Source: Tubiluchus corallicola (taxonomy: Eukaryota > Animalia > Priapulida). From it: a stretch of 35,628 nucleotides of DNA. Shown piece by piece: positions 13,298 to 26,686 of the stretch (positions are counted from its first letter, which is position 1; the number at the start of each line of letters is the position of its first letter). The stretch covers positions 1-35,628 of the forward strand of contig JAQGDQ010001540.1 in assembly GCA_030141605.1 (NCBI GenBank), given 5' to 3'. A program made the position numbers and the translations under genes. The notes below the pieces were generated by a model. It was not told where the DNA came from. It was given only the letters and a program-made list of their open reading frames with translations, and searched no databases.

Positions 13298-13777
13298 CTA
13301 TCACGGAGATTCAGTGTGAAAGGCGCCTTGTTTCTTCTGTAGTGACGTTCAAAGTTTGAACTCAGCAACTCTTTTGCTTCTTCCTTGTCCAATGGGAAGT
13401 AGCAGCTATCAACATTGGCACAAAGAGTGTCATTGGTATCATAAAAATTCACAAGAGGGATGTTCCACATAAGTGGAGTAGAGCCAGTTGGACAAGGAGC
13501 AACTGAACAGCCAGTTACTTGCTTGTAATGATAAGAGGCTGGCCAGGCGGGTGGGTCGATCATAGCAGTGGGGTAAGAGGAATCCCACTGGAAGCCATTG
13601 TTGGCAAGCGCCCGGATGTATGAGTCTCCACTGGTTTGGAGGTAAGCAGCTCGGGAACCTACAATGGAAGTTTCTGGGATGAAAGCCAGTTCATTCATGA
13701 TGCGGCGACATCCAGCGTATTCCGCAGCATTGCCGGCCATGTCAAGTTCTTTAAAGTAATCAGCTGGCAAGGTTTTA
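13298..13777 (-). CDS. Chitin deacetylase-like gene, exon 4 (CE4 domain core)
   Basis: Acceptor gtttgtttcag, donor GTAAT, 480 nt, phase 2-2. Encodes IVGSRAAYLQTSGD, GFQWDSS, DPPAWP, CSVAPCPTGSTP, CANVDSC and NFERHYRRNKAPF, all aligning with the CDA consensus. Confidence 0.95.
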
Positions 13778-14007
13778 CTGAAACAAACAATAAACTTTGA
13801 GTTACTTATAAAACACAACACATTAGTCTTCTGCTTACCTTCAAGGAAGAAAGACACGTCATTTTATTCATTTGCATTTTATTTTACTACTATCAGCTTA
13901 GAAAATAAAAAATGCAAAGAAATTCTCTATAAGCCTACTTTATATGTCTACTTTATAACTGGCAAGATTTATTTTTTTAATTATTACAAAGAAAGGGCTT
14001 TCCATAC

Positions 14008-14437
14008 CTGATGGAGTGTACAGCTATTTCGTGTCCTTGAGCGTACAAGCTCTGCAGGGCTGCATAGTCAGTGAACTGATGACTGACAAAGAACGTGCCA
14101 ACAGCTGGACATCCATCAGGGTTCCTTCTTGGCTCACGTCGTCTGTTGGCACCAATCTTTTGGAAGACCTGTTGGTACAAGTGAGAGTAGTCCTCAACCC
14201 TTACAGCTTCGTCCCAAGCAATAATGACCATTTGACCAATGTCTTCTGGGAGGAGTCCTCCAGGAATCTCTGAACCACTGCACTTGCAGTCGGGAAGTTG
14301 GCATTCCTCCGGGTCGCAATCAGGAGCGCAGTCAATTTCGTCCGAGCCATCATCACAGTCTGCAGCACCGTTACATACAGAAGCATAGGCAATGCGCTGA
14401 TCGCCACTGATGCACTCCCATTCTTCACCTTCAAAAG
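14008..14437 (-). CDS. Chitin deacetylase-like gene, exon 3 (LDLa module and N-terminal part of CE4 deacetylase domain)
   Basis: Acceptor ttttctgcag, donor GTATGG, 430 nt. Encodes VCNGAADCDDGSDEIDC (LDLa), CDPEECQLPDCKCSG..IPGGL..QMV, and NPDGCPAVGTFFVSHQFTDYAALQSLYAQGHEIAVHSI, typical of arthropod CDA (serpentine/vermiform-type) proteins. Confidence 0.95.
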
Positions 14438-14795
14438 CTGCAGAAAAGCATTGAGTTAAATTAGGGTATATATCCTCGAAAATTACACACAGTGTCTTTA
14501 ACATAGCACACTCTCTCCTATGTATGGCATTATAGTAACCCCTGCCAAGAAAAGTCGATTATGAAAGCGGCACAAGGAATCAGAAGTAACTGAGGAGGCA
14601 TCTGCTGAGAAATGTTCTAAATAAATATACACATCTTTGAAAGGAGATTTTCGATCGAGTTCCGTTGTGTTTTGTGTGCTACAGATAAGAGGTTGACCCT
14701 ATATGTGAGTCAAAATATAAACGAATTTTCATAATATTTTTAGTCTTACTTTATTCTGGCCTCGCTCATTGTAAGGTTTAGTACGTGATACTTAC

Positions 14796-15065
14796 TTATC
14801 TGTCCTGGAGCAGGAGTGACCTCCTCTGGTCTAATTGGCGCGACGTAACCACAATCATCGTTTACTGCGTCGTATGGGTCCTCACATCTTTCGGTTGAGG
14901 GTGTCCAGATGGTGTTTCCTGCACAATTTGTGATCTTTGGCCAGCCGTGATCACAAATGTAGAAGATCTGGCAGTTGTCCAAATCGCTTGAAAACGCTAG
15001 CCCAGCCGCACAGTCATCCTCGGCGCTGAGAGGCACCCCCAAGCGTTTGGACGGACCAGCAAAGG
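14796..15065 (-). CDS. Chitin deacetylase-like gene, exon 2 (chitin-binding type 2 / peritrophin-A CBM14 domain)
   Basis: Acceptor tttgtttag, donor GTAAGT, 270 nt, phase 1-1. Six-Cys pattern in DDCAAGLAFSSDLDNCQIFYICDHGWPKITNCAGNTIWTPSTERCEDPYDAVNDDC. Confidence 0.92.
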
Positions 15066-15655
15066 CTAAACAAACGAAAATATTGTTTTTGAACCAGTCT
15101 AATCTTTTGTTGCCATTTCATTAGGCATTCGCGTCAGGTGTTTCTTTACAGACACTCAGACTTTACAACTTAAGAAACGACAGACACAGTTGAAAAAAAT
15201 ACCGTTTGTAGGTTTATTATTAAATTTCATTCAACACGCCACGAAAAAATAGAGATAACAGTTTCAAAAGTGAACTGAACTAGGCGTTTTTACTGTGGCA
15301 TATTTAACCTGACGGTACCCGAATCCGGGATTTGGCTTACAACTAACATCCTTGATAGGCATAACTGTTCACAAATACATTTTTGCAGTGTAATAGTTTT
15401 AAAATTAACAAACAATGAATTGATTTCAAGCTGAAAACTAGAGACAGCCTAGTTACATCTACAGAAATTTTCATTAAATTCCTTGTCATTAAAATTAAAT
15501 AAAAATAAGGCAAACAGCATTGTTAATTAACTACTCCAGAAAGCATACTTCTTCTGGTACTATTTATTTTGTTAATATGACATTGTTTGACGATTTACGT
15601 TTTTGAAATACAGTTAACTTTTTTTACTAAGATATTTTACTAGATCAAAACTCAC

Positions 15656-15695
15656 CAGCATAAAGACAGAAGGTTGCAATCACAAACCACTTCAT
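15656..15695 (-). CDS. Chitin deacetylase-like gene, exon 1 (signal peptide MKWFVIATFCLYA)
   Basis: ATG at 15695 followed by 13 mostly hydrophobic codons and a phase-1 GTGAG donor at 15655. Splices in frame to exon 2, giving MKWFVIATFCLYAAFAGPSKRLG. A TATA box lies about 60 nt upstream. Confidence 0.85.
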
Positions 15696-15753
15696 CGTGT
15701 GTCTCTTGTGACTTCCTGTGTGTTGAGTGCTCTCTTCAGCTTCTCTTCAGCCC

Positions 15754-15760
15754 TTTTATA
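15754..15760 (-). promoter_or_regulatory. TATA box of the chitin deacetylase-like gene
   Basis: Minus strand reads GCATATAAAAGGG about 60 nt upstream of the ATG, implying a start site near 15730. Confidence 0.6.
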
Positions 15761-16329
15761 TGCTTTCATCACGTGCGGGTTACTGGGCAGTAAAGAAAAA
15801 TTTCGTTTCACCTAGCCCTAGGACGTTTCACCACCTGATATTTCAATTGTCGATTACTGTCTAGGTTACTATCACTTTCATGTAGTATTAACCATGAAAC
15901 AGGGTTGTGTCTCCAAGGCGTAGGGGTGCCTACGATTGTCATTGAAAAAAAAACTCATTAGGATACAACAGAAAAATTTTCCCTTCGGTGGTACTTTGTT
16001 CTGAATGATGTAGCAGTAATAGACATAGGATACGTGGAAATTAAGCACATGATTACACAGAGTTGGTTAAAACTAGCGGTTCAAACATTCGGGATTAACT
16101 GGTTGACTCATATTTTGTGGAAACTTTAGTAGGTTCAATGATTGTGTTGTGTGCTTGAAATTTTGACGTGATGTATTGTAGGTTACCGTCCACCACTCAC
16201 TACCTGTTCGATCTCTGCAATTTTACTTTTAGTTCCGCTGATGGTGAAATAAGGTATTACTACATTGACTTAAAATTTGTGCAACAATGTTATTGTGTTT
16301 TTTTCATGCCTGAGACACAAACCTAGAAA

Positions 16330-16800
16330 CTAATGTATAGGCAACATAATCGATTTTCGATTTTAGACGAAATGAAAGCGTCAAATTGTTAATGTATTTT
16401 TGTGGCGCAATGCCTGCGAATTATTTAATAGATAGTCGAAAATTAAACTTTGTGAGAAAAATTGTAAACTCTTGCACATTGAGAATTCCAAAGCTATGCT
16501 ACCATGTAAATAACAGTCGAGTAAATTTAAGATTTAAATATGGTTGTACTGTAGATCTAAACGAAAATGTAAAATTAAAGGTTAAGAACTCATTTAAAGA
16601 TTATGTTTTAAGATACCTATTATAGCTTCTTGCAACACTGTATACTGTAATATAATTACAAGGGAACTACAATGTGTGGTTATTATAAGGTTGAATGTCT
16701 GTAGATATGTTACTTTACTGACATTGCATTACCTGTTTTACTAACATCTTTATCTTTGTAAACTATATTTTATACGAAATAAACTCATAATAATAATAGG
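16330..16800 (+). mobile_element. 5'-truncated LINE 3' end
   Basis: IFDFRRNESVKLLMYFCGAMPANYLIDSRKLNFVRKI resembles the post-RT region of non-LTR elements. It ends in aataaa and a short (TAA)n tail near 16780-16798. Confidence 0.55.
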
Positions 16801-17413
16801 TATTATACCTATAAATTATAGGTTTAAACAAACGCAAATTTTCCACAGTAAGAACCTAATATCTGCAAATTTGTAATTATTTAATAGTGTTTATTTGATG
16901 ACTGTGTAAATGTCGTCATCACTAGCTAAAGAAATAGTTTTGAATAACAATGCAGCTGGCTGAGATTTGATATGTGTTAATTTTTTATGAAAAACAACGG
17001 CATGAAAAATGTGCTTTTTATGAAAAAAACGATTTATGAAATTGGGATAGTGATGGAAGAGTGACTAATGGGATAATCTTGCCTTATTTACGCAAATTCC
17101 TAATTGTGTAAATTAGGAAAGTTTTAATTAATCGGTGTCATTAGGTTATTTAATTAGACAAATTCATTTTGCTAGGTAAGGGGAAAAAACTTGACCGTGA
17201 TCATGGCAGTAATGCAAAAACTCCATTATTTGGTTTTTGTTTTGTTTGTTTTTGTCTTGTTATTTGCTTTGGGCAAAAATCGATGGTCTACCAGTGAAGA
17301 AACTAATATGGCAACAGTGTGATTAATTATACTGTTTCGGACATTAGGCCTATTAACTTGTTTACTCATTGAAATAGTATTTCTGTAGCTGTTGTTGCTG
17401 CTGTTGCTGTCAC

Positions 17414-17981
<568 letters not shown>

Positions 17982-19899
17982 GCTGTCACTACACTACTGC
18001 AACTGTTCTGCCACCGTATAGCTAAGCTAGAGTAGAAGCTGAATAGTAGCAGCTTTTCTAATGCGAGACAGAAATCATTTTAGGACCGAGGTGTGGTCTG
18101 GGACGCAAACAAGCAATCATGCTCGTGGCACATGTACTAGTTGTAATCAGTGTTTTGAAGGTAATGTAGAAATTTCCTTAAATTTATCATTGTCTTTGGT
18201 AAGTCTTCTTTCAGCATAAACTAGAATTTCAAGGCAGCAATTAACAGCAGTTCTAATTTTAAACCTTACCCCCAAAACAGTTAACATTTTTATATATGAC
18301 AACAGTTTTTAACGTTAACAACATTTTCACGGTTTCAAAATTATTTTGCTATTAGAATTTAGGACTCATATTAACCACAACACATAACTAAAATGTTGCA
18401 TTAATTCGCCGCTTAAGCACTGCAAGTTTTTGTGAGTAGTAAAATTTTCTGTTTCTAGTAACAATGTAATGTACTAATAAAGCTAACAGGTATAAGCCTT
18501 TGGGTATTTTTTTAAATTTACTACGCATTGTTTACAGTTAAAAATCAATTACGGTTAGAAATGGAATACGGAAGTACAATGTACAATGTACATGGTTAAT
18601 TTCTTTAATTAAGCACAGATGCTTTACAAAAAATACTAAATCTCAAAGAGCTAATTTGGAAAACAGCAAAATAAAAATTTATTTAAACAATTTTTGACTT
18701 CATCGCATTAAACTAATCAAGCGTTAATAATATTATATTTAATTCGAGTGCACTTGACTTTTTCGAAAAAAATTGTTGTAAACTTTTGTCAAAAACATTT
18801 ACACTAAACAATAAATTTTCATTAGGACAAGTGTGCGTCTACCCTCATTTTTATGACGTTTTATTAGAAGCGATTTGTTGTTTATGGTTCACAGTTCAAG
18901 ACAATGGTACATAAAATTACCAAAAAATGGACAATAATGTTATTCACTACACAGGTCATGAACCATGATAACTATAAAAGCATATCGAACACTTTTACAT
19001 AACTATATATACTATACTACATATACTATAACTATATGTAGGTGTTACAAAAGTTCCTCGCCATTTAAAGAAAATACTATAATAATTATAATGTTGCTGA
19101 AAATTCCCCGACAATTTTTTGTTATCATTGTTGTTGCTTTGATGGCGCTACCAATGTCGTGGTCGTGTCGTTATTGCTGTTGTAGCTGTTGTCATCAACA
19201 TTGTCGTCGTTGTCATTGTTGTCTCGTTGCTGTAACATAAGTTACTGTGGTTGTTGTTATTGTCGTCGTCATCGTCATTGTATTTTTCTCTATTTCTTCG
19301 CAATTGAACATATTTCCTTGAATTTATTTTGTACATTTTAAATAGTGGTGGCTGAAATAGTCACATGATGCGCAACAAATAAAACTTGACCTTCTCGCAC
19401 CATTGTTGCATAAGTCACAGCCATTCATCTACTGAAGAAAATAGAATGTGACGGTTTGTAATTTGTCACCTCAGGGCGACTGGCATTTGCGTTGTTACCG
19501 TGATTCTTTCGGTTTCATGGTCGAAACTCTTTTATTCTTGTCTACGTTGAATGTTACATTTACTGCGACGGTGCTCATTGCACCTCAAACTGACCCGGAC
19601 CTTACGAGTTTTATAGGAAAACTGGACCACGTGGTCAAGTGGACCACGCAAAGGTAACTAAGTAGATGTAAAAACTCATCGATAGGTACCTATTTCTTAC
19701 TCTCAGTATTGTTAAAATACACAGAGTAAAAGGGGCCAATGCATGAACCCATTGTGTAATTATCGACTCAGTGTACCTTTTGTGCAATACAAAAATGTCT
19801 AATATGTAACATTATGAAATGTATAATTATATATTATAAAATGTAACAAAAAATTTGTCTATTATGTAATAATATGATGCTCCCAATATGTAATACAAA

Positions 19900-20420
19900 A
19901 TCTGCCCAGTTTGCAATAACCTTTTCAGTAATTATTTGTGTCTTCTGTTTGGGAGTGGGCCTGTTGAAGATCGCCAACAAATCTCAGCTGTTTTTATCGG
20001 CACTGAATTTACAACTATTAGTAATTAAATGTGTATTACGCAAATATTACAATATTCGGGCTAATACCAAAAAACAAAAAGAAAACATCAAAATTTCAAA
20101 GCAGCTCAAAAATAAGGAATTTAAAAAACAAAATATAATGAATTAGAATAATACTCTTGATAAAAAGCTTTAAGGTGACAAACAAGTTAACATTGCTACT
20201 GCTCATTAATTCAGTTGACGAAGAACTCCACACTTTAGAAGCCCTAAATTAGTAAATATATTTGTCCAGCTTGTGTTCGGCATAATGTATTCGGTATTTG
20301 TAATTCGTTTCTTGTGGCTTTGTGACTGGGTTCGATACTGATGCGAATATACAAAAAGGTGTTGATTTAAAGGATTTTGGTCATTTTTAAGTATTTTATA
20401 CATAAAACATGCCATATGCA
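19900..20420 (-). mobile_element. Decayed CR1/L2-group LINE 3' fragment
   Basis: MACFMYKILKNDQNP...HQYRT, then frameshifted FRASKVW, typical of the ORF2 C-terminus, followed by a UTR-like stretch. Confidence 0.55.
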
Positions 20421-20457
20421 TTTGCCGTTGGATTTCCAGCGGTAAACAGTTCGCTGA

Positions 20458-20570
20458 GAAAAACCTGAAATTCGCAAAAATGAGACAAAATGCCCGAAAG
20501 AGGAAACCCCGAAATTCGCAAAAATTTTACGACATTTTCGAGAGAAAAACCCGAAATTCGTAATAATGTG
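20458..20570 (+). repeat. Three degenerate copies of an about 42-bp unit with core CCGAAATTCGCAAAAAT
   Basis: The core recurs near 20465, 20508 and 20550. Confidence 0.65.
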
Positions 20571-21206
20571 GCGAAAATCACGCCAAATAGTTTCGATCTT
20601 CTTGTGAAGGATTTGCTACAAGACTCAGTCGAATTTAAAAAAAATTTCGATCAATGCAATAATGTTCAGATAAAAACAATGTAGAAAGGAATTTTACGTT
20701 TATTTGTTTACGAAAATTAAGATTTAGTTTTTCAATTTGGTGCAAAATTTAAGAGAGCCGCGCTCTCTCGTCTTTATGACAAACAATTCTAAAGATTAAC
20801 AATAAAAATCCATTGTTTTCGATTGTTTTTTTTCAAATCAAATAATTTTAATTTTAAAGTTTACAATAAAACTTTGGAGTTTTACAGGATGCAAGTTGAT
20901 AGATCGACGGTGAATGCATTTACACACATTTATTTTTAAGATCGACGTTCAGCTTTTAGAACCGATTAACCGATTAACTCTGTTAATACATGGTGCATAG
21001 TTTTACTGAAAAGGGATCATTTCTGATGGATGGAATAGACTCCGACTTTGGAATTTTTCTTACAAAGGTAATCAGTTTAAAACACGGATTAGCTTCTTTG
21101 CGATGAACAGGGTATTGGAAAAAACACTTCCGATAATTTCTGGGTGGCTGGGCGCCTGCTTTTAGGATTAACGTCATTCTAGAGATAAGCAGCTTTATGG
21201 GTGATA

Positions 21207-21414
21207 AACATCTTTGTTGATGCATAGTCAAGGGGATTAACATCTTTGTTGATGCATAGTCAAGGGGATTAACATCTTTGTTGATGCATAGTCAAGGGGA
21301 TTAACATCTTTGTTGATGCATAGTCAAGGGGATTAACATCTTTGTTGATGCATAGTCAAGGGGATTAACATCTTTGTTGATACATAGTCAAGGGGATTAA
21401 CATTTTTGTTGATG
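21207..21414 (+). repeat. 32-bp minisatellite, about 6.5 nearly identical units (AACATCTTTGTTGATGCATAGTCAAGGGGATT)
   Basis: Units start at 21207, 21239, 21271, 21303, 21335, 21367 and 21399. Confidence 0.95.
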
Positions 21415-21789
21415 TACAGAGAAGCTTTGTCTGAAATTGACCTGCCATTAAGTAAATTATACCTGCGCTATGTGAACAGTGAGATGTTATCCGAGAATAA
21501 AGCTTTAGAATCTAAAAGCTTTTTTCTGGAATTCAAATCTCGAGGAAGAGAAATTTATCTGCACTTAGACCTAACACTGAGAAGCTTTGCTTTAAAATAT
21601 GAATTTCTCTACTGACTACTATTCAAGCTAAAAAAGCAAACTATTCAAGTGTTTTAAAGATATTATTTGGAAATGTGCGAAAAACAAGTTTTATACCGTT
21701 TTGTAGATCTTTGAAAGTCTACAAATCCGTGATTATTTTATTTCTAATGATAACTGCTCGGCGTCTGTCTATATTAAAGGCAAAAAATT

Positions 21790-22322
21790 TTATTTGCGAA
21801 AACTGGTCGTTAGCTAAAGGAATGCGCCTAATCTTTTTCAATTAAACCGAACCCAATCTTAAACTGTAGGTCAAAACAATCTACTCTTTAGAATACTGAA
21901 GGTAAACATACTATTTTTTTTCAAAAAAGTCTTACGTGACAGTATTATTACCACGTAAACGTTTTTGCCACTAGTTCTTCGTTGTTACATGCATTTTGCC
22001 AATCGCTAGTTAGACAGGCACTACCGCCTGCATTTCGGAAAGCGGGTGAAGTACCTCTCAGTTCAGATATGTTAGTTTCTGACGAACTACACACGTTCAT
22101 GCGTGAGCACAGAGATAAAGTTGAGAATTTTGATTTGATATCTTAAAGCTTGCCTAGTTTTAGTACAACAAACTGAATATCTTACATCAGCACTGTACTT
22201 CAATTTTTGCTTCCGCAAACACGTGCAACACGCTCATTGAATGTTTTTGCTTTTGATTTTTATTTAATTATCAGAAACGCTTTTACAGTATAAATTATGT
22301 TAAAATGTATACTTTTTATCTG
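21790..22322 (-). mobile_element. Inverted copy of the interspersed repeat at 1565-2215
   Basis: Colinear reverse-complement matches, for example taaaggaatgcgcctaatcttt, ccaatcttaaactgtag, gccactagttcttc and ctgtacttcaattt. Confidence 0.75.
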
Positions 22323-22629
22323 ACTGAAAATGGGGTAGTTCAAAAATCATCCTGTCTTCCTTTAAACATAAAGTAACAGGTAGAAATCGACACTTCAGTT
22401 GAAACTAGAGAACACTAAAACATGGTAAGTAGCATAAAATTTGTACTTGTCGTTACTGAATTCGTTTTGTAAGCAAAGCAGCAAATATAGGGGCTCTTAG
22501 GCGACACGTTTCAGCTTAATTAAATTCTATTCAATTAAATATATATATATATAATTCAACAAATGACATCACAAATCTACTAATGAGATTAGTTGAAATA
22601 TATAGTGAACAGTATGTATTATACAAAAC

Positions 22630-22982
22630 ATAATATAATATAATATAGTATAGTATAGTATAGTATAGTATAGTATAGTATAGTATAGTATAGTATAGTA
22701 TAGTATAGTAAATAGTACAGCATAGCATAATATAATATAATATAATATAATATAATATAATGTAATGTAATGTAATGTAATGTAATGTAATGTAATGTAA
22801 TGTAATGTAATGTAATGTAATGTAATGTAATGTAATGTAATGTAATGTAATGTAATATAATGTAATATAATATAATATAATATAATATAATATAATATAA
22901 TATAATATAATATAATATAATATAATATAATATAATATAATATAATATAATATAATATAATATAATATAATATAATATAATA
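22630..22982. repeat. Compound pentanucleotide microsatellite (TAGTA/TAATA/TAATG)
   Basis: Directly visible. Confidence 0.95.
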
Positions 22983-22987
22983 TTTAT

Positions 22988-23610
22988 ATATACAGTAACT
23001 ACATAGCATTAATGTTTACAAACCAAAAGATTAGCTACATAGAATTAATATTTACTAATGAATGGATTACCTGCAAAAATTAATATATAAATACAGCAAC
23101 TACATAGCATTAATGTTTACAAACCAATGGATTAACTACAAAGAATTAATATTTACAAATTAATGGATTACCTGCAAAAATTAATATATAAATACAGTAA
23201 CTACATAGCATTAATGTTTACAAGCCAAGGGATTAGCTACAAAGAATTAATATTTACAAATGAATGGATTACCTGCAAAAATTAATATATAAATACAGTA
23301 ACTACATAGCATTAATGTTTACAAACCAATGGATTAACTACAAAGAATTAATATTTACAAATTAATGGATTACCTGCAAAAATTAAAATATAAATACAGT
23401 AACTACATAGCATTAATGTTTACAAGCCAAGGGATTAGCTACAAAGAATTAATATTTACAAATTAATGGATTAACTGCAAAAATTAATATATAAATACAG
23501 TAACTACATAGCATTAATGTTTACAAACCAATGGATTAGTTACAAATAAATAATATTTACAAATTAATGGATTACCTGCAAATGAATGGATTAGTTGCAA
23601 AGAATTAATG
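22988..23610 (+). repeat. 101-bp minisatellite, about 6 units
   Basis: The unit start tacag(t/c)aactacatagcattaatg recurs at 22991, 23092, 23193, 23294, 23395 and 23496. Confidence 0.95.
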
Positions 23611-23620
23611 AATGTCTTAC

Positions 23621-24238
23621 CTGTCATCTCAATAATAACACCTGTATATTGGATTTTCCAATTAATGAGTGGTCTTTTTACTATCTGTATACCAGTGTTG
23701 ACTATGCTAATATGCTGGATGCTTTCACTATACCCCAGATACAGGTCGAGCTATTTTAATTCAGGACAGTTCATATTTACAACTTCCTGCAAAGATCCCA
23801 TATTCTCAAATGCCTTGGATCAGATGACGGTTATCAGCAATCTCGTATCTCCTGCTGATGTTTGCATTCACTTTTCCAATACTCGTCAAGCTGGTTCTCG
23901 TAATTATAAAGTCAACGATCCGTTTGCCATTCAGGAATTCATTTGGTAATTCTGCATCTACGAAATTTCGGATTTCAAGCGTATGGAATGACTGCGGCAG
24001 GCGTCTTTGAATTTTGTTCATCTGTGTTTTATGTAACAAATTACTATTACTGCATGTGATCTTACACACGTCCTCCAGTGTGAGTAACTGACGGGTGTAT
24101 GTGCTGTGGCCTAAGGGTACAATATCTGTATGATCACATTCCGAAGGTACATTAATGTATGCACAAATCATGCAATATAATGTTAACTAAAAATGCACAA
24201 ATTTCGAAAAGCATAATCATAGCAGTGAAAAAATTCAT
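23621..24238 (-). pseudogene. Disrupted tandem paralog of the LRR gene (exon 1 equivalent)
   Basis: Aligns with the 27164-27746 exon: CKITCS vs CQFTCS, LPNEFLNGKRI vs LPGDFLKGKKI, AFENMGSLQEVVNMNCPELK vs SFKHMKNLRELVIKDCPALR, ISIVNTGI vs ISIIKTGI. Same phase-1 donor (G|GTAAG at 23620). Frameshifts near 24172 and about 23820 and an in-frame TAG at 23751-23753. Confidence 0.8.
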
Positions 24239-24917
24239 TTTAGAACCTATAACAGTAACCTTGTTTACTATTCAGAATGTTTCGTTCATGATAGGCCTTA
24301 CTACAATGAAGTGACCTAACAATTGTCTCCAAACAGAAGAAATGGTTGCTATTATAATATATGTTGTTTCTTTCATTTGGATTAATCAATGAAAATGTGA
24401 TTTACAATAATAACAAAATCATCATAAATAGTGGGCATTCTTGAATTAACATTTTCTCACAAGTGAAAATGCTATCAGCTTGAAGGTAAAAAGTTCCTTC
24501 TTACCAAGTTAGAACTGGGAACGCCTAGTTGTCTCACATGCTATGTTTTTTGTGACAACTAATTATTTTGAAGTTTTCCCTTTGGAAATGCTTTTACATA
24601 GAATGGTTACTGCTTTTGATATGTTCTTTGTTGAGCATATTGTACCAGTTTCCAAAACTTAATATACATTGCTGCAAATTTAATTTCCTTTTCCCTGTTA
24701 AGGCCATTCACGGCACGGTCTTCTGTTACATTAGGCCTATATAACATTTGCACAGATGGTGACGTTTCACAAGTGTTCTTGAATGAATTAAATAAAAAAA
24801 TTGTAAGAGCCTAAGTAGGTAGAATAGCTCTGCACTCACTAACTACAGGACTCATATTCTCAATTTCTCAATACTTTTGTACAAAAAATAATTTTCTATA
24901 CTTACATGTTGTTAACT

Positions 24918-24926
24918 TTCTCTCTC

Positions 24927-25015
<89 letters not shown>

Positions 25016-25114
25016 TCTGTCTCTCTGTCTCGCTTCTCTTTTTCTTTCTTTCTCTCCCTCCCTCTCTCTCCCCCTCTCCCTGCCTCTCTCTCTCTGTCTT
25101 CCCCCCTCTCTCTC

Positions 25115-25202
<88 letters not shown>
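24918..25202. repeat. (CT)n microsatellite
   Basis: Directly visible. Confidence 0.95.
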
Positions 25203-25206
<4 letters not shown>

Positions 25207-25417
25207 CAAAACAGAGGGTTTTTGTATGCATTTTCTAATGTCAAGGTCATGAAAAAAATCTGGAATAACTATGTGTTATGAGATGATAACTGATGAGTGA
25301 TTAATTTTTAATGCTAATGCTTACTTCATGATTAAGAAAATCATTAAAAACATTGCACGTGCCAGAAAGCATTTGTATTTTCTAGAACTATTGATCTGCT
25401 TACACAGTATACATCTT

Positions 25418-25665
25418 CTAACAGAGCACTTGCCTAAAGAAACTCCAAGCCAAAAAGCAAACAATGTTGCAGGGTAATATTATTTGAATGCAAAAAATGT
25501 TCTTTTTACACGAGATTTCCCAAGTCGTATTGCAATCACCAAATTCTTCCAGTGTTATCTCGCGCGAATCGTGTGGTCTTCTTGGCGCGTCACAATCGAT
25601 GACAGACTTTTTCCAAGGAAGTCGCTTTGTCCACACCAACGAACAATCGCAGTATAGTGGGTTGT
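25418..25665 (-). CDS. Leucine-rich-repeat protein, exon 2 (LRRCT cap and hydrophobic C-terminal tail)
   Basis: Acceptor ctctttgcag. In-frame splice gives VTIELL-NNPLYCDCSLVW...IDCDAP...FGDC, the NPxxCDCxLxW LRRCT signature, then IFCIQIILPCNIVCFLAWSFF and a stop at 25418. Confidence 0.82.
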
Positions 25666-25768
25666 CTGCAAAGAGTGTAGAAATGGAAGGAATATTTACA
25701 AAAACTTAAAATAACAAATGTTGGTGTATAATTTTGCACGAAATTTTTTTTATACTTGCATGTTGTGA

Positions 25769-26686
<918 letters not shown>

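Noticed and set aside
17192-17205. 14-nt match (tgaccgtgatcatg) to the 69-bp repeat unit
   Set aside because: Too short and isolated to distinguish from chance.
21207-21414. CRISPR-like array (32-bp repeats); also considered for the 31-, 48- and 69-bp arrays
   Set aside because: Units are directly adjacent with no unique spacers, there are no cas genes, and the context is eukaryotic.
20983-21615. Candidate exon 2 of the LRR pseudogene
   Set aside because: No NPxxCxC LRRCT signature in the minus-strand frames examined.
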